This document shows, piece by piece, positions 12,238 through 24,200 of a stretch of DNA of 64,000 bases. The notes under the pieces are model-generated. The model saw only the letters and a list, made by a program, of their open reading frames with translations. It was not told the DNA's origin and ran no database searches. The stretch's first letter is position 1. Every line of letters begins with the position of its first letter. A program made the translations under genes and the position numbers. This DNA is from Tubulanus polymorphus (lineage: Eukaryota; Animalia; Nemertea): assembly GCF_964204645.1 (NCBI RefSeq), contig NC_134035.1:7286451-7350450 (forward strand). The letters run 5' to 3'.

Positions 12238-15200
12238 GTGAGTGTTTATCCATCACAACATATGATATGGACGGTTTGGAAGCATTTAAGTTATTAATTC
12301 AAACTGGAATTAATTTTGCTTAATACAAACAAAATACGATGTTTACGTACATGCACGGAAAGAGTTTAAGTTATAATGAAGTCCGCCGAGGGCAAACCGG
12401 ACATTTGACTACTCGAACAAAAAAAAAACGAAATATTATTTTTCTGTTTTCTTATATATTTTCCCATCCTTAACTCTGACTTCGCTTGCCTCGGACCAGT
12501 TTTGCCGATACGAGTCTATTCGAGCTAGGCGAGGTTTACTGTATACACACATATGTAGTATATATGCACGTTCATATATTGAAATATTATGTAAATTTAA
12601 GATAGAGAAATATAGCCAACATTTAGTACTGTAATATTTACGCTACAGTAGCCGTGACAAGCAGCTTGCGCGGTAACGCGGTTACATGTGTTACATGTGT
12701 GACTCGATCGTTAACCTCGACAAATCTTTTCTCAAAATCATAGTAATATATGCATATATATACGTACTAGAGTAATACCCGTGTAAATCACGGTTGATTC
12801 CTTTGGCCCAGAACTTCAAACTGTTCAATTTATTCGCAATGGAATTAAGTCGGGCCATTTAAAATCTATGTGTTCATGCCCGTGGAGACCCTAAGAGCTT
12901 TTACCTGTACCCGTGGAGACCGGGAACTATCGGAGGTAAACAAAATATATCATTTTGCTGCGCGGGATTCGGACTCCTGACCCTCCATGTGTAAGTTTTG
13001 CGTTCTAATAAGAGGGCCATTGTGATTGCGGATACAGTACTGTAGAATCGTATTGATGCAGTAAAAGTCTAAAATTAGAATTCCTGCTTACTGATTGGCT
13101 TAAATATTGTCTGCCTCCGTTTGCCCCCCCCCCCCCCCCCTATAGATATTTTCACACCCGTTTATACCCGTTGCATTAGTTTATACAATAATTGACTACC
13201 ACACAAAATTTCAAGGCCCAATTCTTCTCCACGGCGACGCTATTTGGTACATAGTTTCGTATTAATATATAGATGTGTGTGTGTGTGTGTGTGTGAGTAT
13301 AGCCTCGGACACACTGGGCGATTTCGTCGGCCGAGGAAATCGCCCAGTGTGTCCGTGGCTTATGTGTTTATTATGTCTGCGCTCACTTGGGCATGAATAA
13401 GTCGTTTTGACCGGTCATCTCATAGGATTTATAGATCTTAAGTTATGAATGCGCTCTTGGATATTGGATTGTTTTTCATGTTTAAACGTAGAAATATATA
13501 AATGTCACTGTCGCACCGTCATAATAATGCACGCAGACCACACGTCATACATATTTTTAATAGCATTTATTTGGAACGATGAAATTCATACTTTTCAAAT
13601 GACACACTTGATCACACTGCAATTTCGAAATGCCCCCATGTTGGATTGTATGTCTCTGGCTGTACCCTTGAGAGTCATTTTCCACATATATCACTTGTAC
13701 CAGGCATCATTGATTGCTGGCCTGTTGCTCAGCTTGGAGATTAATTGATACATTTACTGAAACGTGTGCAAACTACTGCATTCTTAGATGATTTTCGATG
13801 GAATATTTGATGAATATCCCGAATCTGATACTGAAATGCACATGAACATAGAAAACAGCCTTAAGTCCATTAATGAACTACTGAGTGTTTCATATAAAAA
13901 ACTACGTGACCCTCAATAGAATTTTCCGTAACTCTAGCCTCTCTTTCGAGTGGGTTTGAATTCAGAGAGGGTGGAACTTATTTGATCGCGTCGGATGGCG
14001 ACTGCGAGCGCCGTACGCGCGAAGCTCCACGAGGGGGTTCGGAGGTCTTCCCCCATGCAATTTTTGAAATGGAAACGTTTTAGATGCATAACAGATGCAT
14101 TTTGATGCATTTTAGTGAATATTTCGTATAAAAGTATCACTGAAAAGATATAATCCTTGAAACATTTTCAGAATAAGTTTTTATTAGGTCTATTAATCCA
14201 ACAACATGTACAGGATTCTCCCCTTCGTTTATGTGGCCGGCAGATTTTTTGATAACAGCGTCTATATCTACGTATATGTATATATCATAGTTATATGAAT
14301 GTGAGCAAGTGCGAGGGAAGAGAAACGTGAAAGAAACGTCTAAGAAATTTTCTTTGACAAAAAATAGTGGAACTCGATATTTTGTGGGGGTGGGGGTGCG
14401 TTCGCAAAAAACTCCCCCCCCCCCGGGTACGGGCTTGGGTCGCAGTCGATGTAAAGCTAATTTTCTAGGGGATTGCATATGGGGATGTCGGGTAGCTCCT
14501 TGGTGTGCAACAAACCAGTAGGGAAAAACATGAAGTAGCCCTGATGAACATATTGCGGCTTGCGCCAAGCTGACCTCAATTGATTAAAAGAAGAGTCAAG
14601 ATGACACGGGCAGAATTAATTCATTGCGCATTTTGCATTATGAACTTGAGGAACCTAACCAAAAAAAAAATAAAAAGGCATCAGTCATGGGTTTTTTAGG
14701 AGATATGACATGTTGTTTTAGCAGATGACCCGTTTCGTAATTCTTGCAATTCTTGCAATTCTTGAATTACTCAGATGCAATTCAATAAACGTTTTCCCGA
14801 TGAAAAAGGATACCTAGGAAATGCACTGTTAATGATATCTTGGTAAATAAGATCTGAGAGTAACCAGCTGATCTAAGTATAACAACGTTGCTAGAGTTCA
14901 TATATGTGAATGGTTAATGATGCAAAAGTTGTAATCAATTAACTAATGTATCATAGTGATTATGTTTTCGATTGCTTGTGGTCAGCTTTGCGCAAATAGA
15001 CATTTTAGTCTCGCTTTGAGTCTGTGCCAAATTACTTATGCAGTAATGTCATATTTTTCTTGTAGCTATCCCGTAAAGAGCGACTGTACCTCAATGCCGT
15101 CGATTTCGGTATCAACGAAGTGGTGGCCGATTGCCTACAAGACGTCGACGTCGATCCGAATTGCGTGGACTATATGGGCCGAAATGCGCTTATTTTGGCT

Positions 15201-18200
15201 ATTAGTAAGGAGAATTTGGTACTGATTGATATTTTGCTCGATAAGCTGAATTACTCCGCCATCGAAGACGCGCTACTTCACGCTATCAGCAAAGGGAAGG
15301 AAACGATCGTTAAACTGATTCTCAGTCATGAGTCTTACGCCGACAACGAAGCACAAAGCAACCGATCTAGAGATTCAAACTCTGACCGAAGTCAGTTCTC
15401 GCCAGATATAACTCCGCTGATTCTTGCTTGCCACGAAAACAACCACGAGATTATTCAACTGTTTATAATGCGAGAACAACGAGTTGAAAAACCGCATCAG
15501 ATTGATTGTCAATGTTCACGCTGTTTAACTGGTGCCAGCGACGACCCTTTGAATTTTCACCTCTCGCGCCTCCACAAATATCAAGCTCTGTCGAGCCCGG
15601 CTTATATGGCCCTAACGAGTACTGATCCTGTTGCTACCTCCTTCGAACTACGCCAGGAGATGACCCGTGTGGCGAATTCGCATAAAGAGTTTAAAGTAAG
15701 TTTTATGTAATTTTGTAACAAGGCTAAGAACTCTGGTTTAGCTTCAGAAACGCACTTTTCGCATTGCAAATGGGGCACGCTTTTCAAACATACAACCCCA
15801 TGATTCAAAAAGTCATTGTGTTTCAAAATTCTGTGCTGATGTTTAAATCTATTCGCGAGCTTCTGCCGGTCAAAACATCCAATAGTTTGATTCGTAGTTC
15901 TGACCTACATTCCAACAAAACCCGAACCTGGCTTCCGCTTACCTCAGTATGGAACGAATACCAGCTTGTGTTCATGTATTAGAGTTTGGAATGCTCTTCT
16001 ATTCGTGAGACAGTGTCTCAAGTCACCCCAACTAAATTTTGGGGTTACTTGATACAGGCCCGTCTCTAATTACAGCATGCAGAAAGATGCCTGAATGCAC
16101 AGGACCCAACCATAGTCTGCCTATTTTGTCTGCCTGACTCTTATTCTAGGGGGTTAAGAACTACACTCATATATTCATTTTACTAAAATTCTATGTCTCA
16201 AGTCATCCCTCACCTTGGGGTGACATGAGTTGTTTTTGAATACACAAATTTAGAAATCATTTGACACATTTTTATCATGCCTAGAACTGAAGAGGGACCA
16301 ATTGTTGTTCAAATAATCATCATTTAGGTGGATTGTAGGTAGGTCTTCGAGCTGCATTTAAGAAAATTACAAGTCTCTCAAGCCACTTCGAATTAAGATA
16401 TATCGTTGCACTTACTCGGTAGGCTTTTGAAATTACAATTCCCTCAACCCATCCTCCCTCGGCAGGGGTTCAAACGTGATGACATCGTTACACTCATCCA
16501 CGGCACGGACCCTGCCACACTAGACCGGCGGGTGCAGATTTACCGCGCGAAAAACCTCGTGGCACCAATCGATTGCTCGTTGTATAATCAGCGAGGTAAA
16601 TTTCACGGAAGAACTATAAATGCGAAAACTTGGGCTAAAATAAAACGGCACTAATTGCTAACAATGACATCATCTAAGCTGTGCGTGTTGCTTGATCTTG
16701 TACCTTGGCATTCTCGATCCACAGCCCCACGAAGAAACGACCCATAGACCCAGATACGCTCGCTGTCGCCACCAGGATTCGAACCCGGAGACCTCGGCAG
16801 CTTAGCACACTCGGCCACTGCGCCTCTTTTATTTGAATTGACTTCTCTTCGTTTAACCCACTGAGTGCCCCGGTTGGTAGAGAAGAGGGGGAAACAATCT
16901 TTCTTAGCCTATATACTTAAATTGCTGCGTTGGCAATGAAATTTCACATATTGTTTTTAGCCGGACTACCTTTCGCTGATTGAGCAGTGCATGAATTTCG
17001 CGAATGACATGTTGGATTTATGCCGAACGTCGAAAGAAATCCAAGCGCTCATAGCTGACGATGTAACGCATCATCCGTTAGGTACATTACACAAAGCCAT
17101 CAAATACAAAGAGAAAAAGGTTAGCTTTCTGGCATTGAGAGGAACCGTGAATTAAAAGCTCACACGACATTTGAAAATAAAAGATGTGAGATATTGCACA
17201 ATCTTTGAAAGTGAAAAATTAGTTGTAATGTAACTAAAAGACTATCTACTATAAGAATAATCTTTTGTCGTAAATTCTACGACCGTGAGGTTGTTTTTCT
17301 CCCAACAAAAATTGTTTGAATCTATTTTTCTTGGTAAACAGTTTGTTGCTCATCCGAATTGCCAAAACCACTTGGCGAGTATGTACTACGGTGAATGGGT
17401 GATTCTGCGGGAAATGCCGACCTGGAAGCGGAATTTTGGCTTTCTATTCATGACTCCATTGTTACCGTTCCTTTGTATAATGTACACGCTATTCCCCAAC
17501 ACGAAGGTAAAACGTGGTATTTTTTTCATAATACTATAAGTTATGTGCATAGTAAGCGTTCATTTCGGTGGCTGATTCGAGCCATTACTTTTGATTCCTG
17601 ACTAAGATGAAGACGCTAAAGCGCCAGTCATCTAGAAACATAAATGAATATCCATTTCAAGTTTCAAGTTCGATGAATTGTTTTCAATTTTGTATGAATT
17701 TTTGTTTTCTAAGTATGAGAGCCCAACCATTTCTAAACATCGTCGTCGAGGGTATGAGTGTACCTTTCATTAATTCTCCATTTAAAGCCGTTCAGGTACC
17801 TGAGTGTTCCAGTGGTGAGATTTCTCAATCATACGTTATGGTACGTCGTTTTCCTGCTGTTACTTGCTATCGTTACATTTGGTCTGGACAAGCCAACGCC
17901 GGACCTGGTTCACGCCGAATCATGGGCTAGCACAGCCGATGCTATCTATCGCAACGATTTCAGGACCGCTGACTTGAATATAATGTCTCCTTGGCATTGG
18001 GTGATATTTGTATTTGTACTCGGTGAGTTTAACCGGTTGAATTGAAAAATTTGATAGTTTTCTGGAATTTTAAATGGGTTCATTTTAAGCAGAATATTCT
18101 CACCCGAAAAAAAACCTTCGTGCCCTCCTCGCATGGGAATCACAGTTGATTCTTAGAATTAGTTATATCTTATTCTATCTTGAAATACCCTCGTTTGTGC

Positions 18201-21200
18201 TTGCATCTCATTTCTATTGTGTTTCAGGTAATTTTCTAACGGAAATAACTCAATTCAATAAATGCGGATTTTCTGTGTACGTGAACAGCATGTACAACTG
18301 GTGCGACTCGATTTGTATCGCTTTGTACGTCGCCGCGTTTACTTTGAGAATAATCGTCGACGTCAAAGTCACTTCGGTCTACGAAACATACAAAACCGAC
18401 ATCGAAACCCTCAGGAGTAACCTCTCCGAACGTCGATGGGTCGAATCACCAGAAGGCTTATCATATGTATTGAATTTCCATCATTGGTTGTACAGTCAGC
18501 CGGATGGATATTTCCTATTAGGCTGTAAGCATACTTTAAATTCATTCCGAATAAGTCAAACAATCAAAATTCATATGAGATCAATAAATGGACTGGTAGT
18601 AAAAACTTATCATCATATATCCACGATGATTTATATATTTTATATCAGATCTAACCATGGATTGTATGCTGATATTTATAGGCCGATCCTGGTGGGACGC
18701 TACAGACCCTCTCATACTGTCCGAGTGTCTATTCGCTATTGCAAACGTGCTCTCGTTCGTCAAGTTGACCTATATCATGCCGGCATTTGAATCTTTAGGA
18801 CCGTTACAGATATCATTATCTCGGATGATGAGCGACGTTGGGAGATTCATGACGTTATTTGGAATGGTACTGATTTATTACATTAGACGAACCAGACATA
18901 GGTCACGTGATTGAATTGAGTATATACACACACAATAACTCGCTTTTTCAGGTATTTCTAGCATTTGTGATCGGGGTAACGAATCTTTATTCGTTGTACA
19001 ATTGGTATTTGTCGGACTACGACAGAAGCTCCGGAAAGTTCGAGGTCAGCTCAATGACTGATAGTTTTGGAGAGTAGGTTTTCTTGCCAATTATTATGAA
19101 GTAATTCTTTTGTTGTTAATAAAAGTCGAAATAACCACAACATTGTTTGCTTTTTCAGTTTACAAGGAACGTTCATGACATTGTTTTGGGCATTATTCGG
19201 TATGTCTGAATCGTCTGTGCCTGCACTGAAAGCGAAAACAGCTGAACGAGCTGGTAGGTATCCCGTCTACTCTATTTGATTTGATTTTCAATTCAGATAC
19301 CGGCTTAATGATATTTTTGATAACCATATTTCACCAGAAGGGAAAACTACATACCCTATATACACGTACTTCTGTATTGATGTTGGGAAAGAAATTCAAA
19401 TTCCTACCGTGTCTTAATTATGATTTTGCTTTCAGACTTCTTCAAAGTGTACGAGAATCCAAACGCATTCGATATCCCTGAAACGGTCGGTACAATTTTG
19501 TATGGACTTTACTGCGGTCTTATGAATATCATTCTTCTCAATATGCTTATAGCCATGATGTCCGATTCATACGATAAAACTCAGGTATGTATGTAAAAAG
19601 AAGCCATTTAAATTGCACGTAGTTTATTTAAACATATCGATCAATTAGGCCTGGTTCCATTATCCTGATGAAGTAAAAAAAGATGGCGTCAGGACATAAC
19701 ACGACGCTGTGATCGTCTGAGTTTTAGGCTAATATACTCAGTATTTAGAAGAATTTGCATGCCACTTTTGCGTAAGTGTGTACAACTTTTGTTTCTGGTG
19801 CCGTTGCGTTAGTTTCGGAGCTGCCAGCCGATTGGAACTGTCAATTTTTTCTGTCGTTGTAAATTAGGTTATAATCTTTTAGAAAGGCGTCTGAATTCGG
19901 GGTTCGAACAAGCATACGAGGAATGCTCACCAAATATCGTTCCGCATGACCGAGCGCGTATGATAAGTACCAACAGTCATGGCCGATTCCAGCGACTGTG
20001 TGACACCTTCAATTGTCGATAGGCGAGGTGAGAAAAGGCGATTACTACAGAGAAGCCCTGAAATAGATATTGGGGGCACGCTTGAATACCTCAATATTGA
20101 AACAGGAAATATCATCACGCGTTCCATTACCAAAGAGCCATGCCAGGACTGCCACAATCTCGAGTCGAAAATAGAGACAATGTTCCAAACAATACTCGAA
20201 AAAATGAATGTCCTAAACGACCTCAACGAGAAAGTCTCAAATATATCCAGCTCAATGGCCGAAATAAAGGCTAAAATAACGGCTGTTGAAGGTGACATGG
20301 TGACAACGAAAAATTCGCTTACCAACATACGTATAGAAAACGACATAATCCGCCAAACAATAAAAGAAAACAAAGATCTGATTAATGTCTCAACAAACGA
20401 AAACAAGAAACTTCATGACCGCCTGATATCTCTAGAAAACTACAATCGATGCGAAAACCTTATCATGTATGGTGTACCCGAAACCGATACCGAACTAGAG
20501 GACTGCGAAAAAGTTGTAAAACAAACAATCAAATACGATCTCGGTATTGACGATCCAGAGAAACTTTGCCTTCAGCGAGTTCATCGTTTGAAAAGAAGAA
20601 CAGGTAGAAGCGGACCGAGGGGGATCATCCGTTTCGCCAACTTTAAAGACCGTGAAAATGTTCGACGCAGCGCATACAAACTGAAATGCTCTAGCATATC
20701 CATTGGCGAGGATCACTGCCCGGAGACAGTAGCAGCTATCAAGAAACTCCTACCTATGAAGAAGAAATTCATCGAACGGGGCCAAAAGGCGTACATAAAT
20801 TGGCGAGGAAATCTAATTATCGATGGGAAACCGTATACTGGAAATGGAACAGAAATACCGGACCGAAACCAAAGCGAAACCAACACGGATTCGAGCGAGG
20901 AACGACAACACACGACATCACGGCGATAGACTTTGAATAGAAACCGCGCGGCGTTTAAACTCTCGTATATAAACATTCATGGATTACATTTGAAAGTAAA
21001 TAAAACAAGAATCTGTAAAACAAGAGTTGCCTGACGTACAGGCTTTGTTTGACACTAACGATATTATGCTTATGTCGGAAGCCTGGAACTCGAAAGACAC
21101 AGTATTCTACGTGCCGGATAACTATTCGTATTTTCAAAGTACTAGAAGAAGGACTGCGCGCAGTAAGCGAAATTCCGGCGGTCTTATATTTTTCTACCGC

Positions 21201-24200
21201 AACGAGATCTCTGCGGGGATCAAACTATTGAAATCAAATAATGTAGATTACATGTGGATAAATTTGTCTTTGATATACCTGACGATACATTTATTTGTCT
21301 GGCTTATATCTCACCAGCTGGTAATCACGCAGCCCATGCAGAACTAATTAGCTCGCTAGAAAATGACATCGTCGCTTATTCTATTGAAGGTAATGTGATC
21401 ATATTCGGGGACTTTAATGCTAGGACAGGTAACAAATCTGATCTCATTGATGAAAAAAATCCCATTTGTAACAGACGATCAAGAACCTATCGTCAATTAC
21501 GAACACATTTCATACTTAGAAAACGAAAATTTTAGCCTGTCACGATGTTCACGCGACAATATTACTAACACTTATGGTTTTGAGTTGCTAGAGTTATTTA
21601 TGTAAAAGCACCCAAACGGTAATACTAAACGGCAGAGCTTTTAATGATAAGAATATAGGTAAATACACGTGTTTCCAATCAGGAGGTAAAAGTACTGTTG
21701 ATTACTGCATCGTTAATTTCGATGCCCTTTGCACGCTGAAAAGTTACGGTATCTCTGATTGCAAATATTTTTCAGACCATGCTATTCTATCAATTTTGAT
21801 CGATAAACCTACAAACCCACGCAATACTGTTCGAGGCAATTCTACTAACCAGCCATACCATGCACTACCAGCGCGCCACGCATGGAACAAACAAAAAGAA
21901 GCTATATTCATTGAAAAGACCCGCAGCCCAACCTGTGGCTTACAATTGTCCTCATGTATTGAGGCTCTTACCCATAAACAATATCCCAATATTGATGATA
22001 TAAATAGTGCTACGGATAAAATAACGACTCTTTTACTTTCTTACTCAAACGAGATATCAAACAATGAGGCCCAGAAACCATTCAGGCGTCGAGTGAGACG
22101 AAAATGGTTTAATAGAAATTGTTCAGTTTCCAGGAATAAATTTAGCAAAGCTAACCGTCTTTTCCACGCAGTTCCCAGCCCCGATAATCTACGTAATCTG
22201 CAGACTAAAAGAAAAGAGTATAGGAAAACCATCTCTAAAGCCAAACTCGGCTATGAGGAAAAAATTGCAAAGAAACTTTCAAATGCCCTTGCTCGGAATG
22301 ACTAGAAATCTTTCTGGAAACTCCTCAAATCATTGGACTCTAAGAATATCCAAGAAGATTCTCCCAGCCTAAATGAATTCGAAAATTATTTTAGTCACTT
22401 AAGTCAGGAAACACAAAATTCTGACCAATCTCTTCGATTCGAGGATAGTAATGTCCCTGATATGCCACACGACTTAGACTACCCTATAACCACCAATGAA
22501 ATTATGACAGCAATAAAAAAGCTTAAAAGAGGAAAATCACCCGGTCTCGATAGTATATTACCAGAGATGTTAATATCTGCATCCGAAGTTCTTTCTCCTA
22601 CACTCTCTATATACTTCATTGCTATACTTCAAACTGGAAACTACCCTCAGAGTTGGTCTATGGGATGTATTACTCCAATCCATAAAAAAAGGAAAAGAAT
22701 CTGACCCGAATAATTACAGGGGGATAACTGTCCTGAGCTGTTTCAGAAAACTATTTTCTATAATTCTCAACACCCGTATTATCCAGTGGTTAGAGCAGCA
22801 TCAAATAGTTAACAGATCGCAGGCAGGCTTTAAGCCAAATAATGGCACAATCTATCAATCTTTTGTTTTATCATCCGTTATAGACTATTGTACGAAGATG
22901 AAAGTTAAAAATGCATGTATGGTCTTTGTAGATTTCTCTAAAGCATTCGATTGCCTTAGTCATGACATCTTACTGAAAAACATATTCGATGCAGGAATAA
23001 CCGGAAAGACTTAAAACATAATCAAGTCAACGTATAAAAGTAATATGTCATGTGTTAAGAAGAATGGCTTTATTTCAAGTTTTTTCAACTGCAACATCGG
23101 AATAAGACAAGGCGAATGTATTTCTCCTACACTTTTTAAACCTGTATATTAATGACTTAGAGCAATACTTTATTGAAAATGTCCCGGTATCGATTTTGGA
23201 CTACTTAAACTATATATCCTTCTTTATGCAGATGACACTGTCATATTAGCCAATTCGCAGGAAGATCTTCAACGTGCTTTAAATCTTTTATCGGACTACT
23301 GTAAGGAAATGAGATTATATTTAAACTCGGAAAAACCAAAATTATGAAAATAGGCCGAAAGAATTTATCTAACAAATTAGAACTGTATTACAACGGAGAA
23401 ATTTTAGAAGAGGTAGACCAATTTAAATATCTAGGCATAGTTGTATCCTGCGACGGGAAAAATTCCCTAGCTGTCAAATCCCAAGCAGATCAGGGCCTCA
23501 AAGCTTACTTTGCACTGAAAAGGTATCTTTTAAATGCTAGGCTTGTATCGCCGAAGATGAAACTCCAAATATTTGACTCTTTAGTAAAATCAGTCCTGTT
23601 GTACGGTAGCCAAATTTGGTTCTCTGATAATATCCGAAATCTAGAACTTGTTCATTCTAAATTTTGTAAATCTGTACTTAACCTTCGCTCCTCAACCCCA
23701 AATGTAATGGTGTATGGAGAACTAGGACGTTTCCCCCTTTCTATTGATGCTAAAATCTCAGCAGTCAAATTCTGGACAAAAATTTTACAAGCTGATAGTA
23801 ACTCTCTTCTGCGTAAAACATATGACTTACTTTGTACACAGTTTCAAACTAACTTATCCGTATCAAATTGGGTTTCAAAACTGCGAGACCTATTAGATAG
23901 TCTCGGCTTAGGTAACTATTGGCGTGCGCAATCTGTTGGTAACCGAAATGTCTTTTTGAAATTAGTAGAGCAAAGACTAAAAGACCAATATATTCAATCG
24001 TGGTCTGAGGCGCTTAACAATAACCAAAAATGTTCATTGTACAGAGAGTATTCAAAAACAACTTTGAGTAGGAAAAATATCTTGATATTAACAATACAAA
24101 TATTGTAAACATTATTTCAAAATTTCGATGTAGTAGCCATAATTTGGCAATTGAAAGCGGCAGATGGACCAGACCGGTAACTCCTAGAGAAAACCGAATC

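Noticed and set aside
17595-17645. Hammerhead-like ctga...gaaac
   Set aside because: CUGANGA core and stem II are not properly formed
19927-20976. Minus-strand ORFs over LINE ORF1
   Set aside because: Antisense shadows of a coding region
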